A DNA stretch of 64,000 nt from Felis catus (lineage: Eukaryota), in NCBI RefSeq assembly GCF_018350175.1, contig NC_058383.1:11162001-11226000 (forward strand). The letters are read 5' to 3'. Positions 1 through 12,000 of this stretch are shown in pieces. Numbering within the stretch: the stretch's first letter is position 1; every line of letters begins with the position of its first letter. The position numbers and the translations under genes are program-made. Below the pieces are notes generated by a model that saw nothing but the letters and a program-made list of their open reading frames with translations, ran no database searches and was not told the origin of the DNA.

Positions 1-400
1 ACCGGCCAGAGCCAAGATACCCCCCGCCCCGATGGCACGTCCCTCAGGCCACTCTGGTGGGTCTGGAGAGCCCCCCGCACCCAGCAAACGTGGGGCACTC
101 TTCCCTCCCAAACTGCCGTGGAGACCAAATCCCTGACTATGCTCGTCACGGGCACAGCAGGAGGGGAGCCCAGGGAACGGGAAGATCCAGACGGCAGCTC
201 GGGGCCCAGGCCCAGACGGCCGCCAACACACCCAAGCGGCTGGAGAGCCCAGCCCTCGCCCCAGCCCCGCCTGGACACAAGGTCAAGGGCCTCGGTCCTT
301 TTGTTGACTAGACGGGGCCAGTGTCCGGGAAGAGGCCTCAGAAAAGAAGCCGAAGTTTCTCAGCTTGCCGGTGAAAAGGACCAGGTAAGCAGTCAGCCAG

Positions 401-467
401 GGGGGAGGGGAGGGGAGGGGAGGGGAGGGGAGGGGAGGGGAGGGGAGGGGAGGGGAGGGGAGGGGGG
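401..467 (+). repeat. (GGGGA)n simple repeat; (CCCCU)n on the mRNA strand
   Basis: Direct inspection. Confidence 0.95.
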
Positions 468-2583
468 CCCAGGCTGGAAAGCAGGGCGGGACCACCTACC
501 TGCCCAGGTCTTTGGGCAAAGAGCAACGGTCACAGGGCCTTTCTGCTCAAGAGCGAGAAATTCCAACACTCCTCCCTCCATACCACCGTCCCTCAGATAA
601 AACAAGGGTGCCCGGGGCCTTGACCCTGGAAACGGGGGTGCAGGCAGGGGCTGAATCCAGCTTCCAAGGGAGACTGGGGGAGGGAGTCTTGGGGCTCCGC
701 TCCTGGGCTGCTGGGTTTTTTTTTTTCCCTCTCAAGTCAGGGCTTCTCGAATAATGTATTGCCTATATACTTGAATTAAAAATATATGGTGGCTCAAAAC
801 GTGCCCGCGTGCACGGCAGACGCGGCGGCAGGAGGCCCCCACGCCCACACACGTGCACACACAGCGGGGTCTGTGATCCACGTACTGTGCACACACGCGT
901 GTGTGCTCACACAGTATATATTAACATATATATTGCTCAAGTATATATGCTATTTACAGTATATATCTATATCAACATAAAACACAGGTATTTATAAGTG
1001 TGTACAATAGATACGTCCTGGGGGGGGGTGGGCCTGGGGAGCACACGTTTCCGGGGTCACGGGGCCGACACATTTGCTCGGCGGGGTGGGGGTGGGGGGG
1101 GGGAGCGTGGAGGAGTGACATCATCAGGGGACCCGACGGGGAAGGAGTCTGGAGAGGCGCGCCACGGAGAATCCAGGCCTTCCAAGGAGAGAAAGGGGAC
1201 TCGGGGTCTCAGGTGCTTTCCTGCCCGCTCGGCCACCCCCCACCCCGTTTTGGAGCCAGCAAACAGATGGACACGTTTTGGTTGTTTTAAGAGTTTTGTG
1301 CAACATGAATGAACTTAAAAAAAAAAAAAAAAAGTGGGTTCCTCATCAGTGCTTGGGCCCCGAGCATCTTTAAGGATCTGGTGGGCGTCCCGGGCTCAGA
1401 GGGTCCCCCGACGCTGGGAGAACAGGGCACTGGGGCTCACACAAGCCCTTCACCAGAGAAACCCTCCTTTCTCCTCTGAGCCTCTCAGGGACAGCGCAAG
1501 GCAGCTGTCGCCTGAGAAGGAGCACCAGGGAGGGAGGGGCCGCCTTGGGGCTCACCCCCATTCGCCCTGGTCGGCCTGCCACCTGGCTGTCCCCTGCCCC
1601 GTGGCCTCTGGGCACCCCGCGGGAACCCCTATCTCGCCACACACCTCTGCTGCCGGCTTCCTGCTCCAGAGAAAGGGCTAATACCTCTGTGACGCCTACA
1701 GACTCCCACGCTTGTCCCTGGAGCCACAGGGCGTCGGCCAAAGGACCCTGAGCCTCTGGGTCCCCCAACAGAACTCAGCAGGCGTCGTCCCCTGTCCCCT
1801 GAAACTGCCGCCGACCACAGCCTGGGCGCGAATACATTAAATAAGAAACTAAAACGTACTGTATGGTTTTCTCTATTAAGGCTCAGATAAGCTGCCCCCC
1901 CAGGTCAAGTACTCATGAATGCCACAGGCCCCAGCTGAGGGGCGGGCAGGCAGGTGAGTTGGGGGCAGAGGCCTTCCACATCCCCCCAAAAGTGGGGCAG
2001 GGGAGGGGGCAGGATAACGGGGAGCCCTGTGCTGGTCTAGTCAACTGCTGGGGAGTGTGGGTGACCCAAGAAACCCCAGGTCCAAAATGCTGGGGATGCC
2101 CCCCGCTTCGGGGAAACCAAGGCTCCGCCTGCCCAAGGAGGGTCCAGGGAAAGCAGCGGGGACAGGAGCTCGTGCCCCAGGCTGGTGGGTCTCCTGGGAA
2201 CCGCCCCCAGGAGTGAGTGCTTATGGCGGGGAGGGTGTGGACAGGGCCCCCTTGGCAGTCTTGCTGGGAGTCGGGGCGCGGGCCCTGTGGATGGCAGGTG
2301 AAATTCTGGGTGGCCTGGGTCCTCCCCAGATCAGGGCCCCACCCCTGCTTGTCGGAGCCTCCCCAGCGCGTGACCCGAGGGCCGCCCACTGGCCTCCACT
2401 CTGCGGGAACCAGCCCGGAGCTGACGGAACGGGAGACCAGCGGCCACAACATCCAGCCTCAGGTCCTCATGGGGGTCTCCCTGGTCTCCGTGAACTCGGC
2501 TCCGCTCGGCCGGCTCCCCAGGATGACGCGAGAGTCAGAACCCCATTGTCTCGTAGGAGGGGCCTGCTTCCTTCGGCATCTGT

Positions 2584-2610
2584 CCCCCCCCCCCCCCCCC
2601 CCCCCCCCCC
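2584..2610 (+). repeat. C27 homopolymer (G27 in the 3' UTR)
   Basis: Direct inspection. Confidence 0.95.
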
Positions 2611-2954
2611 GCCGTGGGCCAGGCCAGAGGGGAAGGCTGGTCGGCTCGCAAACTCCCTGGGCCTCAGACATCATTTTCTGGAGTAGGGGTGGTGGGAGGA
2701 GGAGCGGCTGGGGGGAGGGGGGGGTTCTCTGGAGGGTCTGGGGGCTCCAGGAAGGCAGGAGGGCATGGGGAGGCCTTGGCTTGGGCCCCAGGCCCGGCAG
2801 GATGAGCAATCAGGGGGTGTCTCCCTGAGGCCCTGTCTTGGGGGCCCCCGGGGCCGATTTTCCAGTCCGTGAGAAATACTGTGAGAAGAATCTTCGGGGG
2901 AGGGGCCTGGCCCAGGCCTGGGGGGGCAGACAGGGAGGAGTGGAAGAGGCCCTC

Positions 2955-3020
2955 CTAATGCTTCTCTGCTTGGCTGACTTTCAGGGCGCCGATGACGGCG
3001 TTGATGTTTTCTTCTGGTAC
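2955..3020 (-). CDS. CASTOR2: CASTOR2 exon 9 coding part (VPEENINAVIGALKVSQAEKH*)
   Basis: Acceptor ctgcag|GTA after a 79-nt intron; TAG stop at 2957..2955. Confidence 0.96.
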   Translation of the reverse strand, partial: VPEENINAVIGALKVSQAEKH

Positions 3021-6000
3021 CTGCAGGGGGCAGGAAGGGGGGGCAAGTAGCCATGAGCCCCGGACTGGCATCCCTCGCCCCCTCGCCCTCGACACTCACC
3101 AGCGCGTGGTCGAACTTGAAAGTACTGATGTAGTAGGCGGGGATGTCTGCGGCAGCCAGGGGCTCGGAGATCTGGGCCACGATGCCACACTCATCTGGGG
3201 ACAGAGGTGGGGACGACGCTCAGCCTCCTCGGCCAGCCTTCCGCCCTGCTCTGCTGACAGCGCCTGCCACGCACCCGCAGTGTCTAAGCGCTCCTGCCCC
3301 TCGCGCCCTGAAACCTTAGCGCAAGGCCCCTCCGTCCGGGAGCCTTCTCGGATGTCCCTGGCCAGCAACGAGCTCTCCTCTGTGGGGCTCCTCACGGCCC
3401 AGCTCTGTCCGGCTTCGGTCCTGTTTCCAGGCCTCCTTCCCCGCCACCTCTCGAGTTCTCCGAGATGGAGCTGTGGCCGACGGGAGGACATGGGTTCACG
3501 CCCTCTCTCCTGTCGCCGTCTGACTCTCTTCTAGCCAGAGTGGTCCAGTCACTTCCTCTCCCTGAGCGTAAGCTTCCCCGTTGGAGTCCCCACCGGGTAA
3601 TGAGTGACCTCTGCCTGTCCTAAGGGCGGTGCCAGGCATTTGTTTGGGGCCCGAACGGGACTTCTGCAAAGTCCCTCGCCTCCAGCATCCTGTTTTGAAG
3701 GCACCATTCAAGGCTTCCTCCTACAGGAAGACCTCCAGGGTGCGAGGACCACTCTGAGTCACCAACACAACCCACTCAAAGTTTTCAGGTGACTTCTCCC
3801 AAAGCCACTGTTCAGATTTTGACAATGGTACATTTTTCCCAACACTGTCCCCAACTGGGTGGGAGAGGCCAGATCGGGTCACCAGTTCCCCCCGTGACTC
3901 TGAGGCTGAAGTCTGGGAAACAGCCCCGGCTGCACCACTGCAACACCCCGTTATTACCCCAACCAGCCTCCCCTCTGCCCCCCGGCTCCTGATCTTGTCA
4001 GCCCAGCCCTGGACCCGTGTGGTGACCCGCTAGGCTTCTCAAACTTCTGCTTTTCGCTTGGCCGGCCGGGGGGCTCCTGGCTGGACCCGAAGGCCCTTTC
4101 GGTGGCCGTACAGGCCTGGGGCCTGCACATCTGGTGACCCTCTGCCACCAAGCGGTGGAGACTGGTTGTATCCAAGACCCTTTAGCTCCAGACGCAACGA
4201 TCCCGATAGAGACGGAGGCGGGAGATTAGAGTCTAGAACGACGCCTTTCCAATTGTGGGCTGGGACCCATCCGTGACACCCACCTAGAGGGCCGGTGGCC
4301 AGCATTTTACAAAATGATGCGACGGCAGAGGAAAAGACCAAATGGCGCAGCGCAGAGCTGGAGCGAGTACGGTTTTGTGCAAACGCAATCTGGGCTGTGT
4401 GCGTGTGCGCGCGCGGGGTTAGGATTAGAAAACGTGTTTACTCCAAACCACGCTCGAAAACATATGGGATCTGCCGGTCTAGAATCCTTTGGATTCTCGG
4501 GAAGCTATTTTTCTTGCAGGGCTATTTATAGCTGGAAGCATGGCTTCGAACCCCGCGGCGTCCCGGGAAGGCAGGCAGACCCAGCTTCCGCGGCCGATTC
4601 TTACACACACCCTTTCCCCTGGCTGCCCGCCCGCGGGGCCGCGCAGACAAAAACAGCCTCACGGCGACGCGCAGACGTTTGCCGATGGAGAGATGTTTTG
4701 GGTTTCACCCACCCATCCCCTCTGTATCTCTTCTTTATTTGGACTTTCTGTTTTTGTATTCTACGCGGTCTATTTCGATCAACTCGGAACCAGAGCTGGC
4801 GGCTGAAAGGCGAGCCGACACGCGTGTCCTCCTGCTTCTGGCCTGAGTCTCCTGGTGACCCCCCGGCGGCCCCCGCTTTGCCCGCCCGAGCTCTGCCGGA
4901 CGCCTCCACCTTCAGGAAGAAATAGTGACAGGCCCTTCGGTCTGGCCTTGGCCGCGCTGCCTGTGGTGACCTGACCAGCTCACCCTCTCTACCTTTGGAC
5001 TCTGCACCCTGGGCACGGCCGCCGGGAGCCACCTGGGTGTCACGTCATACCTCTGCTACTGCCCTCTCCTCCCCGCGGCCGGGTGAATATCCACCAGTAA
5101 CCTTCACCGGGAAGCCCTCCCTTCCTGACCCTTCTCCAATCACCCGGTCCTTCCACGTGACGGTGACAGCACATGCAGCCTGCTGAGCACCTGGGGTAAC
5201 AGACACGCGTGCTCGCCACCCGGACGCAGCATCTACGGTCACCCTTATCTTACATAGTAGGAAACTGAGGCTCAGAGGTTAAGCAGCCTGCCTGCGGTCT
5301 CGCCGCTTTCTTCCAGCCCAGGGCTCATCTCCACATCCCCATGACCCTGCACAAGTAGGCGGGAGAAGGGCCGGGGTCTGTGGAGGAGGAGGTCCTGAGA
5401 GGCAGGCTGTGGGTCCCAGGGTCGGACCAGGAGCCATCAGTGTACATTTCCCAGCACTCCAGAGAACAGCCTACTGTCCTGCCCCCAGCATGGCTCTGGC
5501 TTTGGCCTTGATGTGAGCAGAGCTGGGGTGGGAGGTGGGGGTGGGGGGACCTGTCCCGTCCTGCTAGTTACTGTCCACCTGCAGGCTCATCCAGAGGCGG
5601 GTGGGGCAGGAGGCAGGACATGGCTCCCTCGCTGACCCTTCGCCCTCAGGTCAAAATGCCCTGCCACCTCCATCTCCTGTCCCGGGAACTGAGCGCCCAG
5701 GGCTGACACGATGGCCCCTGGAGCAGTCTGAGCTTTATCTGGAACATTCTTCACTCCATCTGTGGGAAATCAGTGCTCAGGGCTGGCCGAGGATGCTCCC
5801 AGAAACGACTGCCCTGTAACTTACTGACAGCCTCTCCCGGGTTCGAGCTCTGGCATCTGGCGAGTCCAGCCTAAAGAAATCCTTTCTGATGGCTGCATCC
5901 CTGGTGACGGGGCCAGCAGCCCCCACCCAGTACCGGGCGGATCGGTGCCACGTGGCCCTGCTACCTACCGAGGGCCCTGAGCCCTGTGGCCCCTTGTAAA

Positions 6001-9000
6001 ATGCTCAAGGAAAACACCATCTGCCCAAAGACACTGTTTGGGCAGTTGTGGAAACCGAGTCTGGACGGAGTCGTGGGGAATCACTGGGGATTTCTTCCCA
6101 TGGGATCGGTTTGTCGTGGTTATGGAGGAGAGAACAGGAAGGGTGAGATATTCAGGGGTGAGTGCAGGGGTGTCCGGAGTCTTACTGGGAGACTGTTCGG
6201 CAACTGTATTGATCTACACGAGGGAAACTCATCAAAACAACAGCAGCCACCGCCTGTGAGCAGACGGGGCTAACGAGTGACTTAAAAACAAGGGCGCTTG
6301 GGTTGAAGGAGCTCCTCCCGTCCTCTGCAGGCCTGTGCCTCCTGTCGCTCGCCGGTCAAGGGCCCGTGGCGGCGGGGACCTCGGCTCGGCAAGCCTCAGC
6401 CTCCCCATCCGCACCGCAGGGTGAGGGACCCCAGACGGAGGTCGGCGATGCTAGGCCCCCCACCCACTGGTGTGGAGCCCCACGGGACTCACCAAATCCC
6501 AGGGGCTGTCCTCCGATCCGCACCATCTTCCAGAGCTCTCCGGACGCACTCGTGAACAACAAATTACTAGGGAACCTTAACAAAGAGAGAAAACCCCAGA
6601 GGGTGATGTTGGTCGTGGTCCCTTGGCCAGCCCTCGGGGCACTGATGCGGGGCCACAGTGAGGGGGCTCGGGAGCTCCAGGGTGTCAAGGACCCCCTCTC
6701 CGTGCCCTCCTCATCGGGGCAGAAGGGGAGGGCAAGGCTGGGAGCGGGCTTTGGAACAAATGCCCCCCTTAGCCAATTTGCACGAGGGATGCCATCCCCA
6801 GCCCCGGCCCCAGAGACGGGGAGCGCCCGGACGGCCCCAGGCCTTCGTCTCTCTGAGCTGCTGTCATCTGAAAGACGGGCCCAGCTCACCCACGAGGCAG
6901 GGCTGCGCTGAGCACCCACTAGGTACGAAGGGCACCCACCACGGAGCCAGCCCACCCTGGGCCCGACTCACCTCTGCTGGGTCTGCACGTCCATCACCAG
7001 GGAGATGTAGCCCTCAATGAGGGAGAAGGAGAAGAAGCGGATGTGGCCGCAGTCCTCACCGGCGGCCATGGGGTCCTTCACTCTGGGGGGCCGGGGAGGG
7101 GTCGCTGGTGAGGGGGGGCAGTGGGCCCCCGCTGCACCCGGACCCCCACCCGGCCCGCCTGCCCGCCCACGGGCCTCGGCACACAGTGCTGGGAAGCCCG
7201 GGAAAGCCCCAGGACTTGGCCCTGACCCCGCCCTGCTGGGTGACCCTGAACCTGTGCCCCCCGCCCCCCGCAGTCTCGTCATTGGTGAGATACAGATGAG
7301 CCCACGGCGTTCACCGAGGCGTGCACCACACTTCGCAGCGCCGGAGACCCGGAAGGCCCCGAGTGCAGACTCCACGTGTCCCTTCCTCAGCAGCGTCCTC
7401 TGTCCCTGCACCGATCCCAGTCTCAGGGCACAGGCTGTGGTCACTGCCAGCTCACTGGCCCCTGGTCCCACCCCACTCAGCATTGGCCTAAACTTAAAAT
7501 CCGCTCTGAGGAAAAATGCAAAGCCTATTGTCTGCTGAACGAAAAGTCCCAAGGTCCTGGCTCCTCGACTGACTGGGCTCTTGCCCTTGGACCTCAGGGG
7601 ACGACAGTGGGGTGTTCATTACATGTACATGTGCACTCGGGGCTTCCCCCAGTTTCGGGGTTCTCCAGGAAGAATGTCTCCCCTCTTGGAGCGGGCCTTT
7701 TGGGTAGAGCCGTGATGCACCCCCTCCACCCCCCTCCGCCACCAGACCAGCTTTCAGGGCAGGTCTGTGTCTCCCTCCTCGGACTGGGGCTCCTGGGCAG
7801 AGTCATGTCCATCCCCCTGATACCCCTGTAGCCTCTCATGCCCAAGGGGGCCGTACCCGTTGGAGTAGAACATGACGTCCATGAGGAGTGTGGCGACCGC
7901 AGGCAGCGTGTCAGGGTCCAGGCTGGTGACACAGAACCTGTTGCTTGGGCTGGACAGAGGGTGGATGACAGGCCTCTGGACTGGGAGAGCAAAGACATCA
8001 GGTGCTCAGGCCTGATGCTCAGGGCTCAGCAAAGACATCAGGTGCTCAGGGAAGAGCAGCATCGGGCAGGAGGGCCCGGGAAGGTGGAGGAGACCTGGCC
8101 CTTGTCCCTTCTGTAGCCTCCAATATCACCCACAGCTCTCCTGATTCTCTAGGCTCACCTCCAGACCCCCGGGCCTTTGCACATGCCCTGCTGTCTGCCT
8201 GGAATGTCCTTTCCAACCTCCACCACTTGGCTGAGCTCCTACTTGTGCCCCAAGCTTCAGTTCGAGAGTCACTGCCTCTGGGAGGTCTGTCCTGATACCC
8301 TGGGTGGGTGAGGAGTAGCCTCTGGCCATCGCCGGCTGTGTCCGTGTCTCCCCTCCTTGCTAACCCTTGACAGCAATGTCTGACCAGGATTGTCACGCTG
8401 TGTTACATCTGGTGCTTAATACATGCTCCGCTCTGGGGCCGCTCTGGGGTGGGACCTGGTAACTTCTAGGGGTCTCCTCTGTAGGGCACCCCCCCTCCCC
8501 AACTCACCCATCTTGGGTTTCACGAAGCCATTGGTGATGCCGAGGTTCTCAGCTGCTACCGTCTCGCCATTGACGACCCGCAGGATGGTGAACTCTGACG
8601 ACAAGGTGTGTGTGACGAAGGGCAGATCCCGTTCACGCACCTGGAGGCGGGGAGTCAAGGATGTGAGTGTCCCGTGGCCCGTAACCCTCCTGCAACCCTC
8701 GGGGGGGGGGGCGGATGGGAGCCTGGAACCGGGTGTGTGCGCCTCCCCAGGGGCAGCTGGGAGGATGCAGGGCAGAGGACACCGCACGGAGGGCCGGGAG
8801 GTGCAGGTCTGTGCCCCTTACTTCCTGGCCCCCGGGTCAAAGCAAGCATGGCTTGCGAAAGGCAGGCGGTGTGTGGGGCCGGGCAGGGCCCCGAAGCCCC
8901 ACCTGGGTGGTGCTGACCCCTGACCGATGACCCCCAGGCACCCCTGACGTCTCCGTGAGCGGATCACGGGACGGGGCCGGGGACCACTGTGGACCACCCC

Positions 9001-12000
9001 ACCCACGGCCCCGGCGGGCGAGGCCCCGGCTCACCAGGATGAAGTCTGTCTGGTAGGTAGACAGCATGAACACGGAGATGTTCTGGTCGGCCAGCGGGGC
9101 GATGACTGACTTGGCAATCTTGGTCACGCCGATGGGCTGTGAGCCGGAGAAGCCACCCCCGCCCGACACCACGTTCAGTGCCAGCCAGGTGGCGCCTGCC
9201 ACGCTCAGGTGCTCCGAGGAGGGCAGCTCTGGGGGAGGGAGGGGAGGACACGGAAGGCAGGCCTGTGACTGCTGGGTCCCAGGTCCCAGGGGGGGCGGGG
9301 CAGGGCTGCAGGGACAGGGGTGGCTGTGTGACCCCGGCCAGCCCCACCCTCTGGGCCTCGGTGCCCTCGTCTGTCAAAGGAGGATGGGATCCGGGGTCCC
9401 GGGCCGGGAGCACCGAGCAGACATGCGCCAGGCAGCTCAGCAGGGCAGGAACCTCGGTGACAAGTGCCTTATGGGGCTGGGCTTCCATGTCCTCCGCCAT
9501 GATACTCATACCAACGATGGTATCCAGCAGTCAGTAGTGACTTTGTTATTTCCAGTTCTCACTCCAGAGTCGGGCTGCCATCACCACCCTCATACTGGTG
9601 GAATGGGCCCTGTGGTTTTCATACTGGGTTCCTGGGACCCTCCTAGGGGGCCGGAGGTAGAGAGGGGGCCAGCGCCAGGGCGGGGGGTGGGGGGTCCCCA
9701 GGATTTCTCTCCCTGCTTCTATCAGACTTGCGTCTTGGAAGAACACAGAGCTCCAGGAGGGTTCCTAAGGATGCCACCCGACTCCCTCCAGACAGCCCAG
9801 GGATCCTGGGGGTGAGCACCGGGAGGGTCAGAGTGGCAGTAATCGCCGAGGCTCCCTGACCAGCTCACAAACCCCCGGAATCCAAATGTTCACCTGTCCT
9901 AGCCGGTCCCGCAGAAGAGCACTCTGAGACTCAGGACTGGAGCCTGGCCCACAGGACGCGTGTACACGCAGGTGCACGTGTCTCCAACGCACAGCTACAG
10001 AGTGCAACGCGGGCTGCACATGGGGCTCTCTGCGCATCACAGGCGTCTGCTCAGACACACCCTGTACCAGGACTGTCATTCCCACTGTAGGCGTGGCGCA
10101 CCAGAGCGCCGAGGGGGCTGGCGACCGCCCGAGATCCCTTAGCGAGTGAGAGCCAGGATTCAAACCCAGGTCCGACTAGGAAACAAACCTCACGCTCTCT
10201 TCTGGGCACTGACCCGGAAGAAGGGCCAGGTCCTCAGTCAGGGCGGGAGACCGGAAGAGGGGCTCAGCCACTGGGGAATCAGGGAGGCTGTCTGGACGAC
10301 AGTGAGGAGGACCGTGCTGCCCTAGGAAGGCTGGGCTGGCCTCAGGCAAGAGGGCTTCCAAGGAGGGGAAACCGAGTGAGGCCCCACCTGGACTCCCACC
10401 TGCCCAGCTCCGGTTGCCATGGTAACCACAGGCTAGTGAGCCCATTGGTCCTGCTGCTGAGAAAGGACCATGCCGGCCAGGCTGGCTGGGGAGGGAGGCG
10501 GCTTCCCACAAAAGGGGAAAGTCTGGGAGGAAGAGCAGGGGGAAAGGCTTTTTAAACGGTTTTATCTTGGGGGAGGGGCAGGGGCGGAGAGAGAGAGGGA
10601 GACAGAGGATCTGAAGCAAGCTCCGTGCTGACAGCAGAGAGCCCGACGCAGGGCCCGAACTCACGAGCTCTGAGATCATGACCTGAGCTGAAATCACGAG
10701 TCGGGAGACACTTTTAGTCTGTTATGTGGGGGGTCAGAAGAGAGAGAGCCCCAGGACAGACCTCCAGAGGAAACATGCTCCCCAGAACCAGGAGCTCAGT
10801 TCTGAAATTCTAAGGGGCAGCACTGAGAGCCCCCCGGGGCTAGGGTGTCCTGTGAGTTGTGGGGCCCCGATGGCGGCCAGCCATCTCAGGCACCATTGTA
10901 ATATATTTGGCGACGAAAATCTTAAGTGTCCCTTTTCATTAGGGCAGAACCCCTGAAGCCTTCTTCGGAAAATTCCGGAAGGCTCACTCATGTTGCCACG
11001 TGCTAACACGAGGCCGCGTCAGCTTTGGCAAATCCACCCTCTGCCTGCCCATTCCAAGCTGCTCACAACCCGAAAGCACCCAGCGGCTTCCCACGTCCTT
11101 CGAAGAAAAGCCAAAGTCCTCTCCTCAGTGAGCGCTGTCCGGGGGAGCTCTGTGCAAGGACGAAGGGGGGCTACACCTGCGCTGCCCCCAGACGGTCGCC
11201 ATTCCCACCAGAAGAGATACGGCTGGTGCAAACGAAGAAAACAGACTGTGAGTTTTATTTAATTTTGGTGCATTTCAATTCTGATGGCTGCACATGGTGA
11301 GTGGTTACCGTCCCGGGCAGGGGGTGCGAGTCCCCGGGGCGTCACCCTCACCGGGGCGCTGGCCCCGGTCGGCTTCATTCTCCGCCAGGCTCAGCGCCCG
11401 GCCCGCGGAGGTGTGAGATGAGTGGATGAGGGACGGTGGCAGCTCTACTCTGTCCGGGCCGCACGGTTCCCACCCCCCGACCTCCCCGTTCCCCGCCCCC
11501 CATCCCCCAACTTCCGCCCAGCTTGGTCAGCGCTCCGTCACCCTGCCAGACCCGAGGTGGGGGGTGGCCCCCGACATCATCCCTTGCTTGTATCCACCTT
11601 CCCAGGATCGGGCAAAGGCCCCGGGGCAGCCGATGCCACTCCCACAGAGACCATTCCCAGAGCCGGCCAACTTCTCTGAATTTACAATCCACCAGTGGGG
11701 ACCGATGCCCATCTGCTTGTGGACGCACCGGACGCGTAAGAGCCAGGACTCAAGCCCAGGTCCGACTAGGAAACAGACCTCATGCTCTGCTCTGGGCACT
11801 GACCAGGAAGAAGGACCAGGTCCCCAATAAGGGAGGGGGCTCCGAAGAGGGGCCCAGACATCGGCGAATCAGGGATGCTGTCTGAACGCTGTTCATCTAC
11901 TTATGGACGCACGATAGGCTGAAAAGTCAGCCCTGCTCCCATTTCACAGGGTCGGAAACTGAGGCCCAGAGAGGGAAGCTGACGGACCCCAAGTTCACTG

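Larger units (their letters stand above)
1..2954 (-). other. CASTOR2: CASTOR2 3' UTR (probably extends beyond the left edge)
   Basis: Lies downstream of the stop. I saw no AATAAA or ATTAAA on the minus strand in this interval. It is free of SINEs and has AU-rich blocks at about 750-1010 and 1280-1335. Confidence 0.65.

Noticed and set aside
775..1841. ATTAAA at 775-780 and 1836-1841 as CASTOR2 poly(A) signals
   Set aside because: They are on the plus strand, opposite to the gene, and no plus-strand gene is evident in the window.
3950..5050. Possible endogenous retrovirus fragment in the CpG-rich part of intron 7
   Set aside because: No LTR pair, primer-binding site or gag/pol-like translation; partly explained by a DNA transposon remnant.
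7675..7817. Degenerate tandem similarity tgtctccc...gggc..tggg.agag in intron 5
   Set aside because: Most likely two L2 3'-end remnants, not a new repeat.
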